DNA of 64,000 bases from Octopus vulgaris. Its lineage: Eukaryota. Numbering within the stretch: position 1 is the first letter of the stretch; each line of letters begins with the position of its first letter. Made by a program: the position numbers and the translations under genes. Of this stretch, positions 15,488-29,219 are shown in pieces. The notes under the pieces were generated by a model, which worked only from the letters and a program-made list of their open reading frames with translations, did no database searches and was not told where the DNA came from. The stretch covers positions 22,754,001-22,818,000 of the forward strand of contig OX597819.1 in the NCBI GenBank assembly GCA_951406725.2, in the 5' to 3' direction.

Positions 15488-15686
15488 ACACACACACACA
15501 TGCGCACAAACAAACAAAAAGGAACGCAGTGTAAATAACAGACAGAGTCAAGACTATTCAAAAGGTTGTAAGACGCAACGAAAATTTTAGGAAAATAAAA
15601 ATAAGGAATATGTGGAAATTTTACCGGTGAGTGTGTTACATTATAAGACACGAAAAGAAAATGACTCTCCCCAGACACAACAGAAA

Positions 15687-15688
<2 letters not shown>
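14290..15688 (-). mobile_element. Penelope-like element 3' remnant with inverted pseudo-LTR pair
   Basis: ~14365-14755 is inverted relative to ~15265-15686. The spacer 15065-15225 on the minus strand reads NQHAEDHHGGNLGQLDIRILSKHPKDPTLRPIR...LINETSPILNRK, resembling a PLE GIY-YIG C-terminus. Decayed HHR-like motif at 15554-15590. Confidence 0.7.
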
Positions 15689-15762
<74 letters not shown>

Positions 15763-15764
15763 GC

Positions 15765-15834
<70 letters not shown>

Positions 15835-15836
15835 GC

Positions 15837-15897
<61 letters not shown>

Positions 15898-15899
15898 GC

Positions 15900-15950
<51 letters not shown>

Positions 15951-15954
<4 letters not shown>

Positions 15955-16508
15955 GCCCTGATGCAGTACCAGGAAGTGGCTCTCATGGCTTCTGATCTTA
16001 ACTGATTGGAAGTGTTATCATGTACATTGTTTTGTCTTGGTATAAAAGATGGGCTACAGCAAATATTCTGCTCAATACCACAGATTTGCTTGTCAGTTGT
16101 TTGACCTTAACCAGTTGAGCATGTCCCTTAGTGGCTGACGATATGTGCATCTCTGATCACGAGCAGAAGTAGTGGGGGAGCATCATAGCCATGTGTTGAG
16201 AGCGATTCTTTGGGGTGTGAATAGTTCACCTCTGGAAACATAGGTGGTTCTTTCAACATCCTTAAACAACCCTTATTCAGGGACCGTTTGAGCTGCATGG
16301 GCTACTCAACCTGAAGGAAATTCTAACTGGGCCCCACCTGCAAGGTCATGTGCTGTTTATCTTGATATGAGATCACCATGTCGCGCACATGTGGTTGTGA
16401 TGCATGTACCTGGTGTACCTTTATCAGACGGGTAGTCATGATGGGTATATTGGGCTTCGTATATTTTACCCCAGTGTCACTTTGATGGCATGAACTGCTC
16501 TCTCACTC
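15951..16508 (+). mobile_element. 558-bp non-coding element in (TAA)n, copy 1
   Basis: Starts aaatgccctgatgcagtacc, ends ctctctcactc-(aat)n; near-identical to 16581-17138. Confidence 0.85.
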
Positions 16509-16558
<50 letters not shown>

Positions 16559-16580
16559 TAATAATAATAATAATAATAAT

Positions 16581-17138
16581 AAATGCCCTGATGCAGTACC
16601 AGGCAGTGGCTCTCATGGCTTCTGATCTTAACTGATTGGAAGTGTTATCATGTACATTGTTTTGTCTTGGTATAAAAGATGGGCTACAGCAAATATTCTG
16701 CTCAATACCACAGATTTGCTTGTCAGTTGTTTGACTTTAACCAGTTGAGCATGTCCCTTAGTGGCTGACGATATGTGCATCTCTGATCACGAGCAGAAGT
16801 AGTGGGGGAGCATCATAGCCATGTGTTGAGAGCGATTCTTTGGGGTTTGAATAGTTCACCTCTGGAAACATGGGTGTTTCGTTCAACATCCTTAAACAAC
16901 CCTTATTCAAGGACCTTTCGAGTGGGATGGGTTACTCGACCTGAAGAAAATTCTAACTGGGCCCCACCTGCAAGGTCATGTGCTGTTTATTTTAATATGA
17001 GATCACCATGTCGCGCACATATGGTTGTGATGCATGTGCCTAGTGTACCCTTATCAGACGGTTAGTCATGATGGGTATACTGGGCTTCGTATATTTTACC
17101 CCAGTGTCACTTTGATGGCATGCACTGTTCTCTCACTC
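16581..17138 (+). mobile_element. 558-bp non-coding element in (TAA)n, copy 2
   Basis: Same length and termini as 15951-16508. Confidence 0.85.
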
Positions 17139-17202
<64 letters not shown>

Positions 17203-20200
17203 GAGATGGCAAGAAAAGCCTCTTCATGGCAAGTACTGGACTAAACTAAATGCAAAAGACATAGACAAGCAAAAATCCCAACAGTGGTTGAGAAGCTCAG
17301 GACTCAAAGCAGAGACAGGGGGATTTTTAATTGCAGCACAAAGCCTCCCCACCAGAAATTACCAAAAACATGTAATGATAAGAAATATAACAAGTAACTG
17401 CAGAATATGTGGAGATGGACAAGAAACAATAAATCATATTCTCTCTGGCTGCCCAGTCCTGGCTAATGAAACCCAAAAGACATAAATGGACACGTGAGGA
17501 ATACATTTCTATCCTACACGCATACTTCACAGCAATGCTCTACCCAAAAAATGAAAACACAACAACACATACATATAAAATATGGAAGGAAAATAGCATA
17601 AATATAGACTTGGATACAGCAATGAACCCCAATAAACTAACTAACGTACGAAGATACATTCTCAACGCAAAAAATATCAGAAATAGAAATAGAACATCTA
17701 AAAGAAAAAATACACCAGGATAATGTAGATAAAAGTCACACAACAATGCCCAAAAATATAAACACTGAAACAGTAAAACACGAAGACAAACGTAACATTC
17801 CCAACAAATACGATGTAAACAAAAAACAACAAATCGAGACCGTAAGGATGCATAATAATACACGACAAACAGCAAGCCAAAACACGGCAAACAAACATAT
17901 AAATAAGAAAGAAAGTGACACAAAGCTAAAACCTGGAAACAACGAAGAGGAGCCTAATGATTATGATAATATAAAAAGTAAAATAGTCAAAGAACTGAAA
18001 ACCACAGAGCTCAAAATGGACCACAGACCATACCTCCTAAAAATCAAAATAGACGAAACAACAACACCAATTATAAACAGCATAAACCTAGCCGTCACGG
18101 AACTAATAGCCACTGAAACAAAAAGCGATATCACTGAGCTAAATGACTTAGTATACGCAGCAGCCACTACAGTCACAAAAGAAGCTGGATACTCACTCAA
18201 ACCCATCCAAAGGAGAGTACCACCACCCAAACAAACCCTGTGGATAAATAACATCCAAAACAAACAAAAACACATGAGAAAAGATCTGTCGATTCTTAAT
18301 GAAATCAGTAGACAATCAACGCTACTGAGCAACAAAAAGAAAACAAAAATACTCCGCAAATATAACATCACAGAAAAAGATTTACCTGAGATAAAAGAAA
18401 AGCTGAAGCAAGATATCCTTGCCAAAGCACAAAGGATCCGCCGGTACGAGAAACGCCAGCGCTTCTTTGAACAAAACAAAAAGTTCAACTCCAATCCCAA
18501 AAGTTCTACCAATAAAATAGAAATCACTGCAGCACCAACGGCAGAAGAAGTGGAAGAATTCCGGAGAGAAATATGGTCGGCGAACGAACAACCAAAAAAA
18601 GGAGTATTAAAACAACAAACTCAGCACCTAAGCAACTTTGGACCCCCATAACAACTGAAGAGGTCACCCAGGCACTGCAAAGTCTAAGCAACTGGAAGGC
18701 ACCTGGGCATGACAAGATCCCCAACTTCTGGTTGAAATATCTAACAGGAATGCACAAAAAGCTGGCTGAAAACTTTAACAACATACTTGCAGAGCCAGAG
18801 ACAATGCCTGAATGGCTCACGAAGGGGAAAACCATCTTAATTCCCAAATCAAATGAGACAGCAAAACCAGAAAACTACAGACCAATAACCTGTCTCCCTA
18901 CAATGTACAAGGCATTTACTGCAGTGATATCGCAAAGGTTGAACAGGCACCTGGACGAAAATAACCTGTTTCCAGAAGAGCAGAAAGGATGCCGCAAAGG
19001 CTCATATGGCTGTAAAGATCAACTAATGATTAATAAAGTCATAACTGAAGACAGCCACAGAAAGAAGAAAGGTCTCAGTATGGCCTGGATCGACTACAAA
19101 AAGGCGTTTGATAGCATCCCCCACACATGGATCCTCGAAACACTAGCCATTAACAAAGTAGCACCAACAATTATAAAATTCATAGGGCACTCTATGAATA
19201 AATGGCAAACAGTGCTACAGCTACAAACAAAAGAGGGACTCATGAAAACCAAAGCCATCCCCATTAGAAGAGGAATATTCAAGGGAGACACGCTCTCTCC
19301 ACTCCTTTTCTGCTTGGCACTGTCACCTCTATCTGATATGCTAAATAGAACTAGATACGGATATAAATGTTACGGCAAAACGATCAGCCACCTTTTATAT
19401 ATGGATGACCTAAAACTATACGCTGCAAATGACAAACAGCTGGAAACACTATTAAAGACAGTTCATGGATTTACCAAAGAAATAGATATGAAATTTGGAT
19501 TAGAAAAATGCGCCAAAGTAACCATGAAAAGAGGAAAACTAGTTAAGAGTAGCAACATCACACTAGATAAAACCAATGAAATAAAATAATTAGACCAAAG
19601 CCAAACTTAGAAATACTTAGGAATCCATGAACTAGATAAGACACAACGCACACAAATGAAAGAGAAAATAAAAAAAGAATATTATAGACGAGTTAGATCA
19701 ATACTAAAAACAGAGCTCAATGCTAAAAGCAAGATAATAGGTATTAACACTTTAGCTGTCCCAGTTATAAAGTAAGCTACAATATCCTTATCTGGACACT
19801 AAATTAACTGACCAAAATAGATAGGAAAACAAGAAAAATAATAACAGAATCTAGGATGCATCACCCAAAATCTGACATAGAAAGACTATATATACAACGT
19901 ATAGAAGGTGGTAGAGGCCTTTTACAGCTGGAAAACTACTATAAAATAACCACCATAGGACTGCAAAAATATCTACTTCAGAAGGAAAGAAACTGATACA
20001 AATAGCGGCAAAACACGAGCAAAATAAAAAAGCTGTTCTCAGTAATTAAGGAAGCTGACAAATACAAACAAGAAATCATACCACCTAATAAATATGAAGA
20101 AGAAGAAGAAGAAGAAGAAGAAGAAGAAGAAGAAGAAGAAGAAGAAGAAACAACAAAAGCTATAAAACAAATGAAATCCAAACTAAAAATAGAACAGCAA

Positions 20201-21084
20201 CGAACCATGATAAAACGATGGCAACAAAAGCCCCTTCATGGTAAATACTGGACTAAACTAAACGCAAAAGAAATAGAGAAAGAAAAATCCCAACAATGGT
20301 TGAGAAGCTCAGGACTCAAAGCAGAGACTGAAGGATTTTTAATTGCAGCACAAGACCAAAGACTCCCCACCAGAAATTACCAAAAACATGTAATGAAAAG
20401 AAATATAACAAGTAACTGCAGAATATGTGGAGATGGGCAAGAAACAATAAATCATATTATCTCTAGCTGCCCAGTCCTGGCTAAGAAGGAATATATTCAC
20501 AGACATGACAGAGTTGGAACCTACATACATTGGGAGCTATGCCAACATTATGGAATAACAACAGAAAAAAGATGGTATAGGCACACACCAGAAAAGGTCA
20601 CAGAAAACGAGAAAGCAACCATACTCTGCGATATGCCGATACACACAGATAGAGAAATTAAGGCCAACAGACCAGATATAGTTGTCAGAGACCATGAAGA
20701 AAAAAATGCTTTCTAATTGATCTATCAATACCGGCAGATGACAACGTGTCTCTAAAAGAAATGGAGAAACTCTCAAAATACAAAGACCTGGAAATAGAGG
20801 TAACTAGAATGTGGAATCTGAAAACAGAAACAATTCCTATCATAGTAGGTGCATTAGGCATGATAAAAAAATATTCAGACAAATACATAACAAAAACACC
20901 AGGACTTACAAACACATATAACATACAGAAAATTGCACTACTAGGCACTGCACACATCCTACGCAGAACACTTTCCATACAATAACCATCAGAGCATCAC
21001 AACAAATCACAGCACATACCCAAGGCACACAGAGCTGCGCTCGGTAGTGAAGTGAAAGCACGTATAAAAATAAAAATAAAACTA

Positions 21085-21088
<4 letters not shown>
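17203..21088 (+). mobile_element. R4/Dong-clade non-LTR retrotransposon, near full-length, with frameshifts and stops
   Basis: RT: WKAPGHD, NYRPITCLP, EQKGC, WIDYKKAFDS, GIFKGDTLSP, HLLYMDDLKLY (ORF 18573-19589). CCHC knuckle CRICGDGQETINHIISSC. REL motifs RHD, RPD and EKLSKYKDL. Flanked by (TAA)n on both sides, the known Dong target. Confidence 0.92.
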
Positions 21089-21135
<47 letters not shown>

Positions 21136-21799
21136 CTGAAATTAAATAAAAGTATTTAGAGGCAATATTTGCGTATTATTGGCATTGATATCAAGAGAAA
21201 TATGAACAATTTTGAATTTTAAAAATTTAGGTATTTGAAGATATAAGTAAATATTATAAATAATTCAAATAAAATATAGAAGACAATGAGAATGAAATTA
21301 ATATAAATAAATTAAACAGTTGTTTTTTTAAGATGAAAAACGAGATTTATTAAGATATTAAGAAATAATTATTAGAAAGCTTTGATATAAAGAGAGGAAA
21401 ATCATATATTTAGAGAGACTAAATATGATATGAATAAGAATAAATATCAAATGAACGATTAAAGGTTCAAATATATAAGAAAAGCGTGAATAGGTTGTAA
21501 TGTAGGATAACATTAATATAAATTAGTATTATATTAATTAGTATTATATTGTATAGCTTAAATCAGATAAGGTAAGAATATAGAAAAACAATATTAATAT
21601 GCATTCATTAAATGTTGTCTAAAATAAGAACAGATATAGTTATATACATATATTCATACCTATAGAATTGTACGTATATATACAGAGATATACAATTATA
21701 CATTAACATAGACATAGTCACATATACATACATAATTAAAGACATGAATATACGTATATCTATATACACATATACATTTATTTATATATACGCATATAT

Positions 21800-23100
21800 A
21801 GATGTTTTGATTTTGGCTTTCCTTAGTTCCCGGATATCAATATGTTTTGTTCTGTCTATTTTTGGCTGAGAATGTTCTTCAGTTCATCCAGTCTTTCTTC
21901 ACATTTAGGTGTGTCTGATACTATTTTGCATATCCGCTTTGGTAGCTTAGAGGTGAGGTTCGATTTTGTGTATTTTGGGTGACATTATGTAAACAGAAGA
22001 TGCTGCTTGGAATCCGTAGACTTAGAGAATGTCCGTTTCTATTTTCCTATCCGTGTTTGTGACTGAAATGTCTAGAAAGGCAAGTTCCTTGGAGTTAAAC
22101 TCCATTGTGAATTGGATGTTATTGCCTGGATTGTCCAGCATATTTTTGAATTTTTGTCAGCGTATCAGGGTTATTCTACCATAAGATAAAACAACTATCA
22201 AGGTTCCTTTTCCGATTAATTTTTAAGTTGTGTATGAAGAGTGCCTAGAAGAGATTGGTTGTAAATTGATTTTGTCCGTGGAATCCCATGACTATATTTG
22301 CATATGTGGGAACTACCTTCGTACCCAGTGCAGTTCCTGATATTTGTCGGTATGCTGATCAAGGTGGAGTAGTTGTTCTGCAGTATGAATTTGAGCCGAT
22401 CAATGATAAAGTTTTTTTCACTGCGTGCCAAGTACTTCAGATTGGTATGTGTCTAACCATTATTGGATTGCAATTATTCCATTGTCATGAGGTATGTTTG
22501 TGTATAAGTTAACAACGACAAAAGAAGCAAAAACTGTGTGTTCACTTACCGTTTTGGGCAAATAATTCACCACGTCTGTGTCATGTCATATTTCGTTCAG
22601 TACATGTTTTAGTAAGGGTTTTACGAGAATATCCAAGAAGTTGCTTCTTCTCTGAGTTTCACATGCAAGGCCTGCGATGTGCAGTCTGAGCTTTAAATGG
22701 AGACGCTAAATGTATGTATATATCTGTCGAGGATTTACAAACATCACTTATTAGTTTGTATTTGTGTACTTACGGTAGACAGTAACATTGCTAGTTTTGC
22801 ATTTAAAGCGGCGCATGTACTCGATTTCTTTGCTGGTTATGCCTTTGTGGTACTTCTTTAGAAAAGGTCGGGGACTGACCATTATTTTCGATTGCTTTTT
22901 CATAATAATTATGTCTTATAACGTTGTGTTATACCTTTATTGTACTGTGTGTCCATGTGACTACTGTACTTAATTTATGGGCTTCTTTAATGATTATTTC
23001 AGTATTTTCTTATAGGACCAATATGCTCTTCCAATCATGTTTTGTGAAGTTTGATTTGGTGTTTCTGTTTTCAATTTTCAAAGGGAAGATTCACAATATG
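21800..23100 (-). pseudogene. Decayed Penelope-like reverse transcriptase fragment
   Basis: Across frameshifts the minus strand gives LKFILQNNY, RQISGTALGTKVVPTYANIVMG (GTAMG-like) and RNLDSCFILW (YxDD-like). Confidence 0.7.
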
Positions 23101-25379
23101 CTCACACTGGGTGTCTAGTGCTATGTTCTGTCACTTGTAGATTTTGCAGGAATGGATTTACCCACCTTTTCATCTCCCACCTCTACACATTTTCGGTCTC
23201 TTTCATCCAACAACAGAGAATAAATAAATAAATGAAACAACTCCTCGGTAAATATGAACTACAACTAAGAATCAATCAATATATAAGGATCAATAGTTTA
23301 CACACACGCACGCATAAAGAATTCTACACTTCAATAAATTTTTGACGCAAAAATTATTCCTTCCCCAAAACATATTCCTAAAACAAAAAGCACACACAAT
23401 CACACAAAACAAAATGTTCCTTAAAAAAACAAAACACACGCACACACAACAAAAATCGAACAAATACAAACACAACAACAACAATTACTACTACTACTAC
23501 TACTACTACTGCTACTATTTATTCTCAAAAAATTCAACCCGCACATACCACAAAACAAGCTTACATACAAATCAATATATTTTCAAAAATACACGTACAC
23601 ACACCACAAAATAAAACAAAGAAACAAGCACAGAAACAAAAAAACAAACAACACACACTACAAAATCACACATACCAGAAAAATAAAAGCATACGACAAA
23701 AAACAAACACACACACGTACCACAAAGCAGTTGAAAAATATGTCGTCCGAAACTCTTTCAAATCTATTATCGACCATCTTAGAAATCCATTGAACAGAGT
23801 ATACACACACAGTCGACCCTATTCTCAGTAAAAAAGGAATTTGTTAACTGATAACTCAATAAAATTCTTGCACCCCCACCACCACCCACCCCCGATGAAA
23901 CCAATTTAACACAGTATATTCATGCAGATAACCTTTTCTGAATAAAAATGAAATTTAAAATGTTTGACACAAAAATATTTGCTTCCCCAAAACAGCATAC
24001 CCCCAAGAAAAACTAAGACACGTGTACGCGCGCGCTGCCAGCTGACCATATCCTGAATAAATTCTCGCTATTCAATTCAGAAGAATTCTTTTCATTTCAA
24101 AAGGATTCCTGAAACTCGATCCTTTGAACTCCATTCCAGACCCCTACATAGACAAAGGCTACAAGATCAGATACTAAGATGAAATTTCACACATTTTCAT
24201 AATTCTGCACAAAATATGAGAACACCCTATTTTTGATTTCTAATTATTTTTTATTCCCTAATCCCTGATTTTCAATTCTTAATAGTTGATAAGATGGACA
24301 TAGTCATCGAAACCTGGTGATTTCTTATAAGCCACTCAATGTAACAAATATATAAACAATCTGTCAACATACGCAAAGGTCGAACAGTGAGAATGAGTGC
24401 ACAACACTGCATTGGTGGATAAAATTTCTTTATTTCTATATTAAGGTTAGCATTGGTTTCATGTAAAGAAAATTATCTTAATATCTAAACAATTTTTAAA
24501 GCTGATCACATGGCGGAATGGTGTTCGTCTCCATTTTTGATGAAAACACAAAAAATTTCGAAAATTCACAAAATGGCTCGTAAAAAGATAAACACGGAAT
24601 CAAGGAGCGCATCTCTTGAATGACACATTTTGAACGACTATTTCCTTTTGGTGTGACTTTTGGGGTGAAAACCATGTTGGATGGTGAATTTCCATGTTCG
24701 CATGTTTGTGCACCGAGGGAGTTCATCAAGGGTGGGGGGCTATATCATCTATGCATCGAGTTTGTATGTTGTATATATTCAATGGTCACCTTCAGAGAAA
24801 GAAACTATCCTGGTGGGATTGGTGGAGTGGATGGTTGTTCCTCTTTGAAATGCTTGTGTATGCAAGGAAATAAGGTTTCATCCCTAATATTTAAGATATT
24901 ATCTGTTGATTTCGATTATATTTAGCTGCAGTATTTTGGCTAAGATATCTTTGACTTCTATATCTAGCAATGTTGATCCCCTTTAGGTCCTTGATGACTT
25001 TTAGTGACGGGGAATTATTTCTTTTTCTGTTTTAAATTTCTTCCAGCCATCTTTATTACTTTTTACTTTCTACATACATACACATATATATATATAGACA
25101 CCATAAAGACAAAAAATCAGTGGCAGTTGATATTTTTAGTAACTTCTATGCTGAAGTAGAGACATTTTCTTTGTCTATCTCCTTAACTTCTTGGAGATCT
25201 TAGGTATAATTATATTTAGCTGCAGTATTTTCTGGCTCCATGTTATCTGGTGACTGCATACTTCTTCTTTCAATGTCCATATAATATTGGGATAGAGATC
25301 TGACATGTTTTCTTTTTTTATTTTTGTCTCCGAATGACGCCAGGTGTCGTGTGTATCTTTTTTTTAAAATGAGTTGCCT

Positions 25380-25720
25380 GTCACCACTCAGTCTTTGTTA
25401 CCTCGTTAGGATCCATGGTTTTGAGCTTGTACATGAGTTCTTTTTCGAAACGGTTATTAGTTAGAGGACTGTAGTTTGGAGATCTACAGTTAGGGGTTTT
25501 TCGACGGGCAGACCTAGTGAATTTATTGTGGCTGAGTATTATCCACCCTATATTGGGGAGGCAACTATAGCCAACTTTAACCGTGTTTTTATTGAAGGTC
25601 TCATGATATTTGTGTGAATGTGGCAAGTGATTGTCTATTTATTTTAACAATTTCCTATGTTAATGTAGTAGCTGCATTCATGCGATAAGATGGTTTAGCC
25701 CATAAGAATTTCCTCTGTCT
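25380..25720 (-). pseudogene. Penelope-like element linker-region fragment
   Basis: HKYHETFNKNTVKVGYSCLPNI...SHN resembles the PLE 'FNRNTVKVSYSCMPN' motif upstream of GIY-YIG. Confidence 0.65.
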
Positions 25721-26176
25721 GTGCCATTTTTAAACAAATATGCATGCATATTATCAATTTATGCTAATGGAACGGAAATATTTTAAAATGTTACACGAAA
25801 AGATTGACTGATTAACTTGAAAAAACAATAGGCGCTCATATAATTTACAAATGTTTAATTATTCGGTATTTATTTTATATCGAGTGGAAACTTACCTTCA
25901 CCGTAAGCTCCTATTAAAGTTGTTATTATTGTCAAAAACAATAAGCAAGAAGTAGATAGTTCTTTCGTATCCATCTGAAATTACAAATTTAATTGTAAAT
26001 AATCGATCAGCAATGTTTTGGGCCATGAAGAATGTGTACCGGATTTTTACAGAATTTTGAATTCCTCTTTTTTTAACACGTTTTTTGCAATTGTCTGATA
26101 ATACAGAAATAGACTTGCCCAAATGCATCAATAAATTAACATTGATTTTTTTTCACCGTTGTTACAATCATCTGAA

Positions 26177-26442
26177 ATGGAACTGTCAAAGAATATATTC
26201 AACCAATGTTGCTTTTCAACTTTAAAAAGGACGTAAAGCGGCTGAAACTGCTCGCGACATCAACGAAACGTTTGGTGAAGAAATGACCAGTGAGTGGCCA
26301 GCTCGAAAATGGTTTAAGCGTTTTCGCAGTGAAGGCCCGAGCCTTGAAGATCGTGAGCGTAGCGGACGCCCATCTGTCATCGATGACGGTCAATTAAAGA
26401 CCGTCATTGAGAATGATTCACGTAAAACCACCCGAGAACTGG
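26177..26442 (+). pseudogene. Mariner transposase N-terminal HTH fragment
   Basis: AAETARDINETFGEE...ARKWFKRFRS...LEDRERSGRPSVIDD...IENDSRKTTRELA. Confidence 0.85.
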
Positions 26443-26829
26443 CATTTTGGTCCAACCATTGTGAAAAACGTTTTTTTATAATTGTACAGAATCCGCTTTC
26501 CATCGCAAATTACTATACGGTTGACAAATAGATCGGTCTGGTTACGGAGAAGAAGGACGATCAAATTTCATATCCGTGCATTTTCTGATTTTCATTCAAA
26601 TCATGTGGTACTCATTTATCGAGCTTTTTTGCTTTCCGATCGCATACAAATAAACTTTGTAAAAGTCTGCCATTCACCCTCGCAGCCGTAACCTGGTTGG
26701 CAGCGTCATTTTGTTCTATGTTGTACTTTGTGAGAAATCCTAAGTAATAATTTTTCTCTTTATTCACCTGAAGAAAACAATTTTTGGTGAATAACGTAAC
26801 GCTCTTGCTCATCATAAATCCTGTCTACT

Positions 26830-27032
26830 ATAGGCACAAGGTCTGAAATTTGGGGGTGGAGGATAATTGGTTACATTGACCCCCAGTGTTTTATTGGTAT
26901 TTAATTAATCGACTCCGAAATGATGAAAGGCAAAGCCTACCTCTGGGGAATTTGAACTTACAACGTTGCGACGGGTGAATTACCGCTAAGCATTTCGTCC
27001 AGCGTGCTAACGATTCTGCCAGCTCGCCACCT
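26830..27032 (-). mobile_element. SINE family C
   Basis: Head ggtggcgagctggcagaatcgttagcacg and core ctttcatcatttcggagtcgat, as in 35110-35303. Confidence 0.7.
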
Positions 27033-27515
27033 TCTTGTTCGTCAATAATGAACACGTCCGAAACAGCAATAGTAAACTACAACCTATCTGTATTATTGTC
27101 CACACATAGCATATCAGGGACGTGCCGCTTGGGTAAGCAAGGTATGCAGTGTGTATTCTGAATAAAATGGGTCGATAGTAATATTTTCCTTTCATGGCAA
27201 ACTATGCACCGCATTCAATAAAATTATGAAGATTATTCTGATTATAATACATAAAATACAATTTTTTTCGGTTTGTAGATTAGGTAGTCATTATTTTCCC
27301 CTGCCTATTAATCTCAGTATTAAAGCTCGCATAGAAATGCTGTAGTACACATGCTGCATATATTCCTACAACAACGTTTTCTTTACGCGCTACAAAGGTA
27401 AAAGTAAATCTGCAACAATTCAGTCGCACGCCTGTATTTCGCTTATTTTTACTACATAGACGTCACCAACTGTCACCAACTGCCTACCCTGAGTAATTAC
27501 TGACGGCATGTACCT

Positions 27516-27617
<102 letters not shown>

Positions 27618-27654
27618 TATACATATATATATAAATATATACATATATATACAT

Positions 27655-27686
<32 letters not shown>

Positions 27687-27769
27687 GTGTGTGTGTGTAT
27701 GTATGTATGTATGTATGTATGTATGTATACAGGTATGTATGTATGTATGTATGCATGTATGTATATATG

Positions 27770-27817
<48 letters not shown>

Positions 27818-27819
<2 letters not shown>

Positions 27820-28196
27820 CGTAGGATTGGCTGTGTGGTAAGTAGCTTGCTTACAAACCACATGGATCCGGGTTCAGTTCCACAGCGTAGCACCTTGAGC
27901 AAGTGTCTTCTACTATAGCCTCGGGCCAACCAGAGCCTTGTGGAAACTGAAAGAAGCTCGTCGTATATATGTATATATGTGTGTGTGTTTGTGTGTCTGT
28001 GTTTGTTCCCCCAACATCGCTTGAGAACCGATGCTGGTGTGTTTACGTCCCCGTAACTTAGCGGTTCGGTAAAAGAGACCGATAGAATAAGGACAACGCT
28101 TACAAAGAATAAGTCCTGTGGTCGATTTGCTAGACTAAAGGCGGTGCTCCAGCATGGCCACAGTGAAATGAGTGAAACAATTAAGAGTAAAAGAGA
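27818..28196 (+). mobile_element. SINE family A
   Basis: Homology to the other copies. Confidence 0.9.
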
Positions 28197-28231
<35 letters not shown>

Positions 28232-28516
28232 TGTATGTATGTATGTATGTATGTATGTATATATATATGTATATATAATAGAAGAGTAAAATTTACTAAT
28301 CAATTTTACCAAGTAGATCGGTAAGTTAAAATAACCTTTATAGGTAAAGTTATTCACATAATTATAATTAGGGTTCAGCTAACTGCTTCACCAATACCGA
28401 AATTAGAAAAAGGAGTTAAACATTCCTTTTCTACTACTATAAGAATCTCAATGACGATAAACATACTTTTTTACGATGGCAAAGAGAAAAACAATGAATC
28501 AACATGACCAGGATTA

Positions 28517-28579
28517 ATTATATACGCGTTTCGAGATTAAAGTGATTTAAATTTTACTTACTTCTCTCTTCAGTATAAT
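28517..28579 (-). ncRNA. Minimal type-I hammerhead ribozyme, canonical core
   Basis: AUUAUA-CUGAAGA-GAGA...UCUC-GAAA-CGCG-UA-UAUAAU: 6-bp stem I and palindromic stem III (ACGCGU). Confidence 0.75.
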
Positions 28580-28645
28580 ATTTCCAATTTATATAAAATT
28601 TGAAAGTGCTATAGCTGAATATTCACACAATCAAGCGAGATATAC

Positions 28646-28689
<44 letters not shown>

Positions 28690-28870
28690 AATAATAAATA
28701 TTAGGGAATAAATCCAAATTTACAGGGAAAAAAATCAGATTTAGGATTAAATCCAATTTTATAGTAAAATATTATATAATATTAATTCGAGACAAAACCA
28801 CTATTTTGCAAAACAAACAAGGAAAGACTTAATCAATACATAAAAATTTTTAATATAAAGAAATAAACCG

Positions 28871-28913
28871 CCACTACAATCGTTTCATGTCTTCAATGAC
28901 ATTCGTCAGGTGG
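28871..28913 (-). ncRNA. Minimal type-I hammerhead ribozyme, mirror copy
   Basis: Reverse complement of 28931-28973. Confidence 0.75.
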
Positions 28914-28930
28914 ATTTTCGATCTCCTAAT

Positions 28931-28973
28931 CCACCTGACGAATGTCATTGAAGACATGAAACGATTGTAGTGG
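28931..28973 (+). ncRNA. Minimal type-I hammerhead ribozyme, canonical core
   Basis: CCAC-CUGACGA-AUGUC-AUUGAA-GACAU-GAAA-CGAUUG-UA-GUGG. Confidence 0.8.
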
Positions 28974-29058
28974 CTGTTTATTTCTTTATATTAAAAATTG
29001 TTATGTATTGATTAAGTATTTCCTTGTTTGTTTTGCAAAATAGTGGTTTTGTCTCGAA

Positions 29059-29111
<53 letters not shown>

Positions 29112-29144
29112 CACATACATACATATATACATACATACATATAT

Positions 29145-29219
<75 letters not shown>

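Noticed and set aside
23200-23730. Strand-biased A/C-rich tract
   Set aside because: Low-complexity decayed simple repeat with no periodicity found.
24496-24925. ORFs of 77 and 101 aa
   Set aside because: No recognisable domain or splice support; probably decayed repeat sequence.
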